Positions 1-10,478 of a stretch of DNA of 64,000 nt are shown piece after piece; the stretch's first letter is position 1; every line of letters begins with the position of its first letter. The notes under the pieces are model-generated. The model saw only the letters and a program-made list of their open reading frames with translations, did not search any database and had not been told where the DNA came from. The position numbers and the translations under genes were made by a program. This DNA comes from Escherichia coli (GTDB lineage Bacteria > Pseudomonadota > Gammaproteobacteria > Enterobacterales > Enterobacteriaceae): the NCBI RefSeq assembly GCF_041248615.1, contig NZ_CP158426.1; one strand, given 5' to 3'.

Positions 1-1075
1 TACCGCGCGCGGTTATCTCGATCAGGCCAAATCGCGCCCTAACCTGACCATTCGTACTCACGCCATGACCGATCATATCATTTTTGACGGCAAACGCGCG
101 GTGGGCGTCGAGTGGCTGGAAGGCGACAGCACCATTCCAACCCGCGCGACAGCGAATAAAGAGGTGCTGTTATGTGCAGGTGCGATCGCCTCTCCGCAGA
201 TCCTGCAACGTTCCGGCGTGGGTAGCGCTGAACTGCTGGCGGAGTTTGATATTCCGCTGGTGCATGATTTACCCGGCGTCGGCGAAAATCTTCAGGATCA
301 CCTGGAGATGTACCTGCAATATGAGTGCAAAGAACCGGTTTCCCTCTACCCTGCCCTGCAGTGGTGGAATCAGCCGAAAATCGGTGCGGAGTGGCTGTTT
401 GGCGGCACCGGCGTTGGTGCCAGCAACCACTTTGAAGCAGGCGGATTTATTCGCAGCCGTGAGGAATTTGCGTGGCCGAATATTCAGTACCATTTCCTGC
501 CAGTGGCGATTAACTATAACGGCTCGAACGCAGTGAAAGAGCACGGCTTCCAGTGCCACGTCGGATCGATGCGCTCGCCAAGCCGTGGGCATGTGCGGAT
601 TAAATCCCGCGACCCGCACCAGCATCCAGCGATTCTGTTTAACTACATGTCGCACGAGCAGGACTGGCAGGAGTTCCGCGACGCAATTCGCATCACCCGG
701 GAGATCATGCATCAACCGGCGCTGGATCAGTATCGTGGCCGCGAAATCAGCCCCGGTGTCGAATGCCAGACGGATGAGCAGCTCGATGAGTTCGTGCGTA
801 ACCACGCCGAAACCGCCTTCCACCCGTGCGGTACCTGCAAAATGGGTTATGACGAGATGGCAGTGGTTGACGCCGAAGGCCGCGTACACGGGCTGGAAGG
901 CCTGCGCGTGGTAGATGCGTCAATTATGCCGCAGATTATCACCGGCAATTTGAACGCCACGACTATTATGATTGGCGAGAAAATGGCGGATATGATTCGC
1001 GGGAAGGATGCGTTGCCGAGGAGCACGGCGGGATATTATGTGGCAAATGGGATGCCGGTGAGAGCGAAAAAATGA
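1..1075 (+). CDS. betA: Choline dehydrogenase (GMC oxidoreductase), 5'-partial; only the C-terminal ~337 aa lie in the window
   Basis: ORF 65..1075 translation has the GMC oxidoreductase C-terminal region (HPCGTCKMG...); the reading frame is open back to the window edge, so the true start is upstream of the window. Confidence 0.9.
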   Translation, partial: TARGYLDQAKSRPNLTIRTHAMTDHIIFDGKRAVGVEWLEGDSTIPTRATANKEVLLCAGAIASPQILQRSGVGSAELLAEFDIPLVHDLPGVGENLQDHLEMYLQYECKEPVSLYPALQWWNQPKIGAEWLFGGTGVGASNHFEAGGFIRSREEFAWPNIQYHFLPVAINYNGSNAVKEHGFQCHVGSMRSPSRGHVRIKSRDPHQHPAILFNYMSHEQDWQEFRDAIRITREIMHQPALDQYRGREISPGVECQTDEQLDEFVRNHAETAFHPCGTCKMGYDEMAVVDAEGRVHGLEGLRVVDASIMPQIITGNLNATTIMIGEKMADMIRGKDALPRSTAGYYVANGMPVRAKK

Positions 1076-1110
1076 GTCGTGATGTGAACTGACTCAGGAA
1101 CCTATCAGAT

Positions 1111-1171
1111 TGAGAGTTACCGTTCTACTATGAGGACCGAATCCTTATATAAAACACTGAGGTAACTCTCA
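1111..1171. repeat. Perfect 11-bp inverted repeat (tgagagttacc / ggtaactctca) with a ~39-nt spacer, between betA and ykgH
   Basis: Read directly from the sequence; the arms are exact reverse complements. Function unknown. Confidence 0.5.
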
Positions 1172-1287
1172 TGCTTCATATCCAGTATTCATGATGCTGG
1201 CTTTTTGCTGATATTTACCCTGAACATTCCTGATACAGACTATTAATACAATCTTATCTGCGACAGATTTTATTTTCTGGATATATT

Positions 1288-1838
1288 ATGAGTGAACAAA
1301 TCAAACAGGATATCGATCTGATTGAGATTTTATTTTATCTGAAGAAAAAGATTCGTGTTATCCTTTTTATTATAGCTATCTGTATGGCAATGGTGCTGTT
1401 GTTTCTGTATATCAATAAAGATAATATAAAAGTGACTTACAGTCTAAAAATAAACCAAACAACACCAGGCATACTTGTTAGCTGTGATAGCAATAATAAC
1501 TTTGCCTGTCAGACCACAATGACTGAAGATGTTATTCAGCGAATTACTACATTTTTTCACACCAGCCCAGATGTCAAGAACAGAGAAATAAAACTGGAAT
1601 GGTCAGGAGATAAGAGAGATTTACCAACTGCTGTACAAAAATGATATACCTGACCAGGAACTGGTCATTGTATCCGAACGGTGATGGCTGTGTCACTATA
1701 AGCTCACCAGAAATAAAAAATAAATATCCTGCTGCCATTTGCCTGGCTCTGGGATTTTTTCTAAGCATTGTGATTTCTGTAATGTTTTGCCTTGTCAAAA
1801 AAATGGTAGATGAATACCAACAAAACTCTGGGCAGTAA
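1288..1838 (+). pseudogene. ykgH: ykgH-like membrane protein, apparently split by a +1 frameshift at an A5 run (about 1637..1641)
   Basis: ORFs 1288..1644 and 1641..1838 each contain one hydrophobic helix; adding one A to the A5 run fuses them into a single ~184-aa product (...TAVQK-MIYLTRNW...). Could be a real frameshift, a sequencing error, or two short overlapping genes. Confidence 0.5.
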
Positions 1839-2080
1839 TAAACAGCATTCTGATAGAGAGTGCCTGTATATAGCTGAAGTGACAATGACTGGGAAGGGAA
1901 CCCGTTTTCAGGAATGGATGCCTGTCTTTTTCACTGTAAATATCCTGGCATTACTAATGCCAGGATATTTAAAGAAGAGGAGCATAACCATGACAGAACG
2001 GGGTTAAGTCAGGTTGTCCTTAACGCTATTCACAACCTCGTATGCCGACTTCAGGTTTATGTCCAGACTTCATATCTCTC

Positions 2081-2776
2081 TCAGCAATCCTCAATAATCA
2101 GATACACCGCTTTCACCGGACCATGAACCCCAACGACTTTGATAAGCTCAATATCCGCCGTTGAACTAGGGCCGCTAATGATGTTAATGCAGGACGGCAT
2201 TCGTTCACCGGCCTGCGCTTTCTGATGCAATTTTTCTGCGAGTTGCGCTACACGCGGCAGGATTGTGCTTTTACGCAGGATAAAAAGAGAAGATTCCGGG
2301 AGCAGGCTCAATGAACGCCCGCGCCCGGCGGCGGAAAAAAGAACCACTCCTCCCGATTCGGTTAAACCATATTCAGCATACACTACGCCAACTTTAGCCT
2401 GCTCTGCTTGTGATATGTTCTCAATACCTTTCGCCGGATCCCAAACAACGGCATTGCATTCCTGCTGCAAACGTTCGCTAATCCCCAATTCCTCCAGCCT
2501 CGTGTCATCGCTAATCACGACCGACTGATCTCCCAGCTCTTTACACAGTCGTATTGCAGCTTCTGCCGCCTTCGCCTCGCTGGTCAGTTCACAGCGCGTC
2601 AACATAACATCGCTGGCAAACTGGATAAACGCGTCACAGCGCTGCTGTTGGTTAAGTGCGGTAAGCCGCTCGTTAGCATAGTTGTTAAGCGGCGCATCTT
2701 CTGCTTGCGGTTCAAGTCGCAGCGGGCGACCCAGTGCCTGAGCAACGTTATTCAAAAATTCGCTCCGATTATCCAT
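2081..2776 (-). CDS. ykgG: LutC-like protein of the ykgEFG (LutABC-type) lactate-utilisation cluster
   Basis: ORF 2081..2923 trimmed to the internal start MDNRSEF (231 aa); that start overlaps the ykgF stop by 8 nt, consistent with translational coupling. Confidence 0.85.
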   Translation of the reverse strand: MDNRSEFLNNVAQALGRPLRLEPQAEDAPLNNYANERLTALNQQQRCDAFIQFASDVMLTRCELTSEAKAAEAAIRLCKELGDQSVVISDDTRLEELGISERLQQECNAVVWDPAKGIENISQAEQAKVGVVYAEYGLTESGGVVLFSAAGRGRSLSLLPESSLFILRKSTILPRVAQLAEKLHQKAQAGERMPSCINIISGPSSTADIELIKVVGVHGPVKAVYLIIEDC

Positions 2777-4196
2777 TCTTTTTCTCCTGCGCCTGATGTT
2801 TCTTAAACCAACTACGGAAACTCTCTCCGTCAGCTTCAGGAAGATCGCGTGCTTCCATCCAGTCGCTAATCGCGCCAAATTTGAGTGGTGTTTTGCCGCC
2901 ATTGATAAACCAGCTTGCCGCATGAGCGCCGGCCATCATCCCGACTTTCCACAATCCTGGATGACTATTGGCATAAGCGAACATTTTTATCGCCCGTTGC
3001 TCTGCTTTTGCGGTGATCCCTTTTTCAGCCATCACCCGACGATGACGCAAAATCAGTTTTGACAGCGGAATACGCACCGGACACACGTTGTCACAAGCAG
3101 TGCATAAAGAGCAGGCGTAGGGTAAATCTTTAAAATCTTTATAGCCGCCAAGTAGCGGAGAAATCACCGCACCAATTGGCCCTGGATAAATAGAGCCATA
3201 TCCATGACCGCCAATATGGCGATATGCCGGACAAGTATTCATACAAGCCCCGCAGCGAATACAGCGCAGCACATCCCGAAATTCAGAGGCCAGCACCTCA
3301 GAACGCCCGTTATCGACAATAACCAGATGAAACTCTTCAGGACCATCAACGTGCCCCGCTTCGCGCGGTCCTGTCAGCCAGGTGTTGTATCCCGTCAAAC
3401 GTGCACCAACGGCACTGCGCGCCAGCATGGTGATCAATACATCTACCTCGGCAAACGTGGGGGCAATACGCTCCATTCCCATCACTGCAATATGCGTTTT
3501 AGGCAGCGTGGTACACATTCGCGCATTACCTTCATTGGTCACCAGGCATACCGAACCGGTCTCTGCCACCGCGAAATTACAGCCGGTAATACCTATTTCA
3601 GCACTGAGGAAATCTTCGCGGATTTTTTGCCGGATGAATAAGGTCATTGCTTCAGGCGTTTCCGACCCCTCATAGCCCAGACGTTCGTGTAGCACCCGAC
3701 GGATCTGATGGCGATCTTTATGAATTGCCGGGACCACAACATGAGAGGGCGGATCTTGATCCAGCTGGAGAATGTATTCACCCAGATCGGTTTCAATCAC
3801 CTGAATGCCAGCATCCTGCAACACATGATTGACACCAATCTCTTCGGTCACCATCGATTTAGATTTCACCACCTTCCGGGCATTTTTGCGTTGGGCAACC
3901 TGTAAAATGTAGCGAGTGGCGTCTTCTTTAGTTTTTGCAAAATAGACGTGACCGCCGTTTTGCGTCACTTTTTCTGAGAGCTGGTACAGATAAGCGTCGA
4001 GATTACTCAGAACATGATCACGTATCTGGGCGGCCCGATCGCGCCACTCCTCCCAGTGCCCCAATTCATCGACCATTTTTTGCCGATTTGCCCCGATACG
4101 CTGCTGCGCGTTTGCCACCGCTTTGCGCATGATCGGATCTTCAATTTGCTGACGGATGCGTGTCTTAAAATCTGTATTACTGGTTTTGATCGACAT
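2769..4196 (-). CDS. ykgF: LutB-like iron-sulfur protein (4Fe-4S ferredoxin-type Cys clusters)
   Basis: 475-aa ORF with CxxCxxCxxxCP motifs (CIRCGACMNTCP, CSLCTACDNVCP). Confidence 0.9.
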   Translation of the reverse strand: MSIKTSNTDFKTRIRQQIEDPIMRKAVANAQQRIGANRQKMVDELGHWEEWRDRAAQIRDHVLSNLDAYLYQLSEKVTQNGGHVYFAKTKEDATRYILQVAQRKNARKVVKSKSMVTEEIGVNHVLQDAGIQVIETDLGEYILQLDQDPPSHVVVPAIHKDRHQIRRVLHERLGYEGSETPEAMTLFIRQKIREDFLSAEIGITGCNFAVAETGSVCLVTNEGNARMCTTLPKTHIAVMGMERIAPTFAEVDVLITMLARSAVGARLTGYNTWLTGPREAGHVDGPEEFHLVIVDNGRSEVLASEFRDVLRCIRCGACMNTCPAYRHIGGHGYGSIYPGPIGAVISPLLGGYKDFKDLPYACSLCTACDNVCPVRIPLSKLILRHRRVMAEKGITAKAEQRAIKMFAYANSHPGLWKVGMMAGAHAASWFINGGKTPLKFGAISDWMEARDLPEADGESFRSWFKKHQAQEKKNG

Positions 4197-4206
4197 CTTT
4201 ATATCC

Positions 4207-4926
4207 TCAGCGGCTCATCAGCACTTCAGCAATATGCATTACTTTGACTTTCTGCCCTTCCCGTTGTAATCGCCCACTGATGTTCAGCAGGCAACTCACG
4301 TCAGCACCAATTAAATACTCAGGGCGGACTTCCATCAGGTGCGCAACCTTTTCTTTCACCATCTCGCCGGATATTTCGGCCATTTTGACCGAGAACGTGC
4401 CGCCAAATCCGCAGCAGGTATCCTGTTCAGCAAAGGTCAACAGCTCCAGTCCACGCACATTTTTCAGCAGCATAAGTGGCTCGTCCTTCACCCCCAGCTT
4501 ACGGGCCAGGCTACAAGATGGGTGATACACCGCTCTCCCTTGCAAACTGGCACCTACATCGACTACCCCTAATGTATTAACAATAAAAGAGGTGAGATCC
4601 TGCATACGCGCGGCAACCTTTTCGGCACGTGATGCCCATTCAGGCTCATCCGCCAGATACGTTGGGTAACTTTTTACGGCATAGGTACAGGAGCCAGCCG
4701 GTGAAATAATGGGATCGTCGTTATCCTCCAGTGCGGCGATCAGATTTTTCATCCCTGGAATCGCTTCTTTGATATAACCACTATTGATCGCAGGCTGACC
4801 GCAGCATCCCTGTTTCTCCGGGAAATTTACGCGACAGCCGAGTTTTTCCAGTAGCAGCACGGAGTCTCGTGCCATTCTTGATTTCAGGGCGTCACCAATA
4901 CAGGTGACAAAGAAATTGACATTCAC
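4207..4926 (-). CDS. ykgE: LutA-like cysteine-rich (CCG-domain) Fe-S oxidoreductase
   Basis: 239-aa ORF with CCG motifs (QGCCGQP, DTCCGFGG); first gene of the ykgEFG operon. Confidence 0.9.
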   Translation of the reverse strand: MNVNFFVTCIGDALKSRMARDSVLLLEKLGCRVNFPEKQGCCGQPAINSGYIKEAIPGMKNLIAALEDNDDPIISPAGSCTYAVKSYPTYLADEPEWASRAEKVAARMQDLTSFIVNTLGVVDVGASLQGRAVYHPSCSLARKLGVKDEPLMLLKNVRGLELLTFAEQDTCCGFGGTFSVKMAEISGEMVKEKVAHLMEVRPEYLIGADVSCLLNISGRLQREGQKVKVMHIAEVLMSR

Positions 4927-5453
4927 AACTAATACTCCATTACTTCATGCCCATTTATGCCCGATGGTTCCCCCCTTCCGGGGGATCAATCATCAATAAA
5001 TATGGCGTTCTTTTTTAATTGGCTAGCAACATACCACCCCTCATTTGTATGACAAATGATAATCTTTCATCCAAACTTCAAATGCAATAACTAATTTTAT
5101 TTCTTTCGGCATCGCTCACATTTTATAGGGAAATCGACGATCATTTTTGGCATAAGAAATCCATTTAAAAAGGCTACATCCCTTATACCTATTCAGTGCT
5201 ACTTATTCAGGGGTTATTGAGATATACACTGATGGTGTACAAACAAAATCACCAACAATAATTACGTATCAAGTAATAATCGGCATTTTATTTAATTGAA
5301 GCAATTTAGTTTGCATTTTTATTTAAAAACTGAGCTAGAGTCCATCAGAAAAAAATATATAAAGCCCAAACCACCGTTGGAAATAGAAATAGTTGAAAGG
5401 CTCACAACTCCCGGAATGCGGATTATCTTTGACCTGATTTCTGGCGGTTTTAT

Positions 5454-6308
5454 TCAGGGTGCAAGCTGTCTGACCCTTTCCCGATATTCTCCCGGAGTAC
5501 AACCAAACTCGCGGACAAACGCCTTGTGAAAAGATGATTCACTGGCATAGCCTACTGACTCAGCGATCACCACAACAGGGAGCATTTCCCGGGAAAACAT
5601 CTGGGCCGCTATTTGTAGACGCAACTTTGTTAATACAGCTAGCGGCGTGGTTCCGGAAACATCACGGAAAAGCTGGGCAAAACTTGCCCGGGACATGTGG
5701 GCGATGCTGGCCAGCGATTCGACGGTCCAGGCGTGTCCTGGCATTTCCAGCATTTGCTGTATTACCGCACCAAGACGTGGATGCAGAAGCAAACTGAGAA
5801 TGTTTTTCTCTGTATTAACCTGTGCAATCCACTCACGCACCGCGAGGGTAAAGAATGTAGCGCAGATCTGGCTACACAGAGCATCCACTCCCGGCATTGC
5901 CGATCTGGATTCCTGTTGTAAAAACGGGATCGCCTCCCTCAGCCAGTTATATTCCACGCTATGGTTCACTGGTGCTACAAACAGCGTTTCCGGCAAAGAC
6001 GTTAAAAAATAACGCGCCGAATGTTGCAGCCGAAGAGTGCCACAGACAATACAGGTCGATTCATTATCGACATGACTCAGGCGATGAGCTGAATTTTGTG
6101 GTAGCAGGACCACATTTCCCGGGCGTAATGTAAAAATCTCTCCCGTCGGCATTTCCAGCTTCGCCGCTCCTTGCGTTAACGCATGCCAACGAATAACCGA
6201 CAATTCCCCGGCACCATGTGGAAGTTGCCAGTCACTTCCTAACACGCAATTCTTATCGATCGTTCCTTGTGGAGCGTTAAGCATCAACAAACGGCTAAGA
6301 GCATCCAT
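5454..6308 (-). CDS. rclR: AraC-family, HOCl-responsive activator of rclABC
   Basis: ORF 5454..6359 trimmed to Met18 (MDALSRLL...), giving 284 aa; C-terminal AraC helix-turn-helix; transcribed divergently from rclA. Confidence 0.85.
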   Translation of the reverse strand: MDALSRLLMLNAPQGTIDKNCVLGSDWQLPHGAGELSVIRWHALTQGAAKLEMPTGEIFTLRPGNVVLLPQNSAHRLSHVDNESTCIVCGTLRLQHSARYFLTSLPETLFVAPVNHSVEYNWLREAIPFLQQESRSAMPGVDALCSQICATFFTLAVREWIAQVNTEKNILSLLLHPRLGAVIQQMLEMPGHAWTVESLASIAHMSRASFAQLFRDVSGTTPLAVLTKLRLQIAAQMFSREMLPVVVIAESVGYASESSFHKAFVREFGCTPGEYRERVRQLAP

Positions 6309-6534
6309 ATCAGACTCCTGAGTAGTTTTTTGATTACAAACACCAACTATCTTAGTCAATAATTAATCTAATACCATCAAATAGTTAATCATGATTTTTG
6401 TTTTATGATTCTGATTAAGAAAAAGAAAATACCAGACGATAAGACAAAATATCAAGCGTTGTGAAGAAATGTTATTTGCTCTTTTGCGTCTATAGTCATG
6501 ATGTCAAATGAACGCGTTTCGACAGGAAATCATC

Positions 6535-7860
6535 ATGAATAAATATCAGGCAGTTATTATTGGTTTTGGCAAGGCTGGAAAAACATTAGCCGTCACGCTG
6601 GCAAAAGCAGGTTGGCGTGTGGCTCTCATCGAACAATCAAATGCAATGTATGGCGGGACCTGTATTAATATCGGCTGTATCCCAACCAAAACATTGGTTC
6701 ATGACGCACAGCAGCACACAGATTTTGTCCGTGCCATACAGCGTAAAAATGAAGTGGTTAATTTTTTACGTAATAAGAATTTTCATAATCTTGCGGATAT
6801 GCCCAATATCGACGTGATCGACGGCCAGGCGGAGTTTATCAATAATCATAGCCTGCGTGTTCATCGGCCTGAGGGAAATCTGGAAATTCATGGCGAGAAA
6901 ATTTTTATTAATACCGGTGCACAAACCGTGGTTCCGCCAATTCCTGGAATTACCACCACGCCAGGAGTATATGACAGCACCGGATTACTTAATCTAAAAG
7001 AATTGCCTGGGCATTTAGGTATTTTAGGCGGCGGATATATTGGCGTTGAGTTCGCCTCTATGTTCGCTAATTTTGGCAGCAAGGTAACCATTTTAGAAGC
7101 AGCTTCGCTGTTTTTGCCTCGGGAAGATCGGGATATTGCTGATAATATCGCGACGATTTTACGCGATCAGGGCGTCGATATTATCCTCAATGCCCATGTG
7201 GAGCGAATCAGTCACCATGAAAATCAAGTGCAAGTGCATAGCGAGCACGCCCAACTGGCGGTGGATGCACTGTTAATAGCTTCCGGTCGTCAACCGGCTA
7301 CCGCTTCGTTACATCCAGAAAATGCCAGTATCGCAGTAAACGAGCGCGGGGCAATTGTCGTTGACAAGCGATTACATACCACCGCAGACAATATTTGGGC
7401 GATGGGAGATGTTACCGGCGGGCTGCAATTTACTTATATTTCACTGGATGATTACCGCATTGTACGTGATGAGTTACTGGGTGAAGGCAAACGTAGTACT
7501 GATGATCGGAAAAATGTGCCTTATTCCGTATTTATGACACCGCCCCTGTCCAGGGTTGGTATGACAGAAGAACAAGCCAGAGAGAGTGGTGCTGATATTC
7601 AGGTGGTGACATTGCCTGTAGCTGCAATTCCGCGTGCCAGAGTGATGAATGATACTCGTGGGGTATTAAAAGCGATTGTTGATAATAAAACCCAACGTAT
7701 ATTAGGGGCATCACTGCTGTGTGTTGACTCCCACGAGATGATTAATATAGTGAAAATGGTGATGGATGCCGGGCTGCCTTATAGCATATTACGCGATCAG
7801 ATATTTACTCATCCGTCGATGAGCGAATCACTCAATGATCTATTTTCATTAGTCAAATAA
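6535..7860 (+). CDS. rclA: Pyridine nucleotide-disulfide oxidoreductase of the reactive-chlorine resistance operon
   Basis: ORF 6508..7860 trimmed to Met10 (441 aa); FAD-binding GxGxxG motif (IIGFGKAG) and redox-active CINIGC motif; AGGA ribosome-binding site upstream of 6535. Confidence 0.9.
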   Translation: MNKYQAVIIGFGKAGKTLAVTLAKAGWRVALIEQSNAMYGGTCINIGCIPTKTLVHDAQQHTDFVRAIQRKNEVVNFLRNKNFHNLADMPNIDVIDGQAEFINNHSLRVHRPEGNLEIHGEKIFINTGAQTVVPPIPGITTTPGVYDSTGLLNLKELPGHLGILGGGYIGVEFASMFANFGSKVTILEAASLFLPREDRDIADNIATILRDQGVDIILNAHVERISHHENQVQVHSEHAQLAVDALLIASGRQPATASLHPENASIAVNERGAIVVDKRLHTTADNIWAMGDVTGGLQFTYISLDDYRIVRDELLGEGKRSTDDRKNVPYSVFMTPPLSRVGMTEEQARESGADIQVVTLPVAAIPRARVMNDTRGVLKAIVDNKTQRILGASLLCVDSHEMINIVKMVMDAGLPYSILRDQIFTHPSMSESLNDLFSLVK

Positions 7861-7956
7861 ACTCAAAATCAGACGCCAGAACAAATATTCTGGCGTCTCA
7901 GAGAAAAGAATCTTATTAATTCTCTGTAACTCTATAAACTCTTAATCACTTCATTG

Positions 7957-8205
7957 ATGGTATTTTATATATTTAAAAAATCCGTTTTATTTGCAACACT
8001 ATTATCTGGCGTTATGGCATTTTCCACCAATGCAGATGATAAAATAATTCTGAAACATATCAGCGTCTCGTCAGTATCAGCATCACCGACAGTTCTGGAG
8101 GATGCCATTGCTGATATAGCCAGAAAATATAATGCTTCATCCTGGAAAGTCACATCGATGCGAATTGATAATAATTCAACCGCAACAGCAGTATTGTATA
8201 AATAA
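7957..8205 (+). CDS. rclB: Small periplasmic protein with signal peptide (DUF1471-type)
   Basis: ORF 7954..8205; first ATG at 7957; N-terminal signal peptide ending ...AFSTNA; sits between rclA and rclC. Confidence 0.8.
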   Translation: MVFYIFKKSVLFATLLSGVMAFSTNADDKIILKHISVSSVSASPTVLEDAIADIARKYNASSWKVTSMRIDNNSTATAVLYK

Positions 8206-8216
8206 GGATGTTCACA

Positions 8217-8810
8217 ATGGAAAAATACCTGCATCTGTTAAGTCGGGGAGATAAAATTGGCCTGACATTGATTCGTCTGAGTATTGCGATTGTTTTTATG
8301 TGGATTGGGTTATTAAAGTTTGTCCCTTACGAGGCAGACAGCATTACACCATTCGTCGCAAACAGTCCACTAATGTCGTTCTTTTATGAACACCCGGAAG
8401 ACTATAAACAGTATCTGACTCACGAAGGCGAATACAAACCAGAAGCAAGGGCATGGCAATCGGCCAATAATACCTATGGTTTTTCCAACGGTCTTGGCGT
8501 CGTGGAGGTGATTATTGCTCTGCTGGTTTTGGCTAATCCTGTCAATCGCTGGTTAGGTTTATTGGGAGGGCTGATGGCATTTACCACACCGTTGGTAACA
8601 CTCTCATTTTTAATCACCACCCCGGAGGCATGGGTACCCGCATTGGGTGACGCTCATCATGGTTTCCCTTATTTATCCGGTGCTGGTCGCCTGGTATTGA
8701 AAGATACTCTGATGCTGGCAGGTGCTGTCATGATAATGGCAGATTCGGCGCGGGAAATTCTTAAACAACGCAGTAATGAATCCAGTTCAACGTTAAAAAC
8801 TGAATATTGA
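8217..8810 (+). CDS. rclC: Inner-membrane protein (DUF417-type) of the rcl operon
   Basis: ORF 8208..8810 trimmed to MEKYLHLL (197 aa); AGGA 9 nt upstream; multiple hydrophobic helices. Confidence 0.85.
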   Translation: MEKYLHLLSRGDKIGLTLIRLSIAIVFMWIGLLKFVPYEADSITPFVANSPLMSFFYEHPEDYKQYLTHEGEYKPEARAWQSANNTYGFSNGLGVVEVIIALLVLANPVNRWLGLLGGLMAFTTPLVTLSFLITTPEAWVPALGDAHHGFPYLSGAGRLVLKDTLMLAGAVMIMADSAREILKQRSNESSSTLKTEY

Positions 8811-8843
8811 TAATCCGAACACTGTCTGTTGTTCACTTTTTCA

Positions 8844-8881
8844 GGCGTCAGGCCCCCTTTCTGATGATGAAGCCTGACGCC
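8844..8881. terminator. Hairpin (ggcgtcaggc ... gcctgacgcc) between convergent rclC and the aldo-keto reductase; candidate bidirectional terminator
   Basis: 10-bp perfect inverted repeat read from the sequence, in a convergent intergenic gap. Confidence 0.5.
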
Positions 8882-8969
8882 ATATTACCGGAGATATGAC
8901 AGAGTGAAGATCAATATCACTCCCCTGTTAAAAGATTCTTGTCGTCTCAGGTAAAATACATGATTAATA

Positions 8970-9854
8970 TCAATCATGTATTTTTACAGCAAGACAACCA
9001 CGAACAAATTCAGGATTAAAATGTTTTACCGACTCCCCAACATAACCCAAATCAAGCGAACTAATTTGTGCCATTTCTTTCTCTGTCAGTGAGAAATCCC
9101 AGATAGCAAAATTTTCTTCGATACGCTGTTGATGTGTCGATTTCGGAATAACGACCACTCCCCGTTGAATATTCCAACGCAGAATGACTTGAGAAATCGA
9201 TTTTTGATGGGCATCTGCAATACTCTGAAGCAGATTATTTTCAAAGGGTTTATGTCGTCCACCACCTAACGGAGCCCATGCTTCAGGCTGCACGTTATAA
9301 TACTTCATGGTTGCCAGCGCCTCTGGTTGGGCAAAATAGGGATGCAACTCGACCTGGTTGACCATCGGTTTAACTCTTACCGTTTCACAAAAGTTCGCCA
9401 GAACATGAGGATAGAAATTGGAAACCCCAATTGCTTTTAATTTGCCCTCTTCATAGGCATCTTCGAGTGCACGCCACGCACTGAAATAATCGCGCATAGC
9501 CTGGTGCAATAAATAGAGGTCGAAGTATTCTAGTCCCGATTTTTTTAATGATGCTTCAATACCTGCTTTTGCCGTATCCTGATTCAACATATCCTGCACC
9601 CACAATTTAGACGTTATAAATAACTCATCTCGGGTACATAAACCTTCAGATATAGCTTCACGAACGGCTTCACCGACGGCATCTTCATTACCGTATACCG
9701 CTGCAGTGTCGATGAGTCGATAACCCGTGCGGATAGCATTCAACACTGACTGTTTGCACACGTCTTTATCGGTAACCTGAAAAACACCAAATCCCATCAT
9801 CGGCATTTTCAGATTGTTACTTAATACGGAAAATTCCACTGTCAGTCCCTCCAT
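8970..9854 (-). CDS. Aldo-keto reductase (2,5-diketo-D-gluconate reductase-like)
   Basis: 294-aa ORF with an AKR fold signature (LIDTAAVYGNE, IGVSNF); paralogous to the ORF at 17221..18072; the real start may be the GTG 15 nt downstream, which follows a GGAGG. Confidence 0.8.
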   Translation of the reverse strand: MEGLTVEFSVLSNNLKMPMMGFGVFQVTDKDVCKQSVLNAIRTGYRLIDTAAVYGNEDAVGEAVREAISEGLCTRDELFITSKLWVQDMLNQDTAKAGIEASLKKSGLEYFDLYLLHQAMRDYFSAWRALEDAYEEGKLKAIGVSNFYPHVLANFCETVRVKPMVNQVELHPYFAQPEALATMKYYNVQPEAWAPLGGGRHKPFENNLLQSIADAHQKSISQVILRWNIQRGVVVIPKSTHQQRIEENFAIWDFSLTEKEMAQISSLDLGYVGESVKHFNPEFVRGCLAVKIHD

Positions 9855-10462
9855 TAGGTATGAACAATGAGTCTACGTTAAAACGTAACCTCAAATTAGT
9901 ATGTGGATTTTGATATCACTTATGCAAAAAATTCATTAATAATGTAGGACTGAAACCTCTCTATTTTTGGGGCAATGAAGCAGACGCTATCAGTGCTTTT
10001 GCCTTGGGACTTGCTGTTTTTGATACACTTAAGGCCCAGGACATAACGAAAATGTGCGATATTACAAAGAATTAACGGAGAATGTGATGATCAGGCAGAA
10101 GATTCTACAGCAGCTCCTGGAGTGGATTGAGTGCAATCTTGAGCACCCTATTTCAATCGAAGATATCGCACAGAAATCTGGCTACAGCAGACGCAACATC
10201 CAGCTTCTGTTCCGAAATTTCATGCATGTGCCTTTGGGAGAATACATTCGCAAACGAAGGCTTTGTCGTGCCGCCATTCTTGTCCGACTCACCGCGAAAT
10301 CTATGCTTGATATTGCACTCTCTTTACATTTTGACTCACAGCAGTCATTCAGCCGCGAATTTAAAAAGTTATTCGGCTGCTCTCCCCGTGAATACCGCCA
10401 CCGTGATTATTGGGATCTCGCAAATATCTTCCCTTCTTTTTTAATACGTCAACAGCAAAAGA

Positions 10463-10467
10463 CGGAG
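10463..10467. repeat. 5-bp target-site duplication (CGGAG), left copy
   Basis: Identical 5-mer immediately flanks both ends of IS2. Confidence 0.7.
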
Positions 10468-10478
10468 TGGATTTGCCC

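Noticed and set aside
269-889. 206-aa minus-strand ORF and 150-aa plus-strand ORF (84..536) overlapping betA
   Set aside because: Alternative-frame or antisense overlaps of a confidently identified gene.
1288-1838. Two independent overlapping small genes instead of a frameshifted ykgH
   Set aside because: Not fully excluded, but the 4-nt overlap at a homopolymer and the complementary helix topology of the two halves favour a single disrupted gene.
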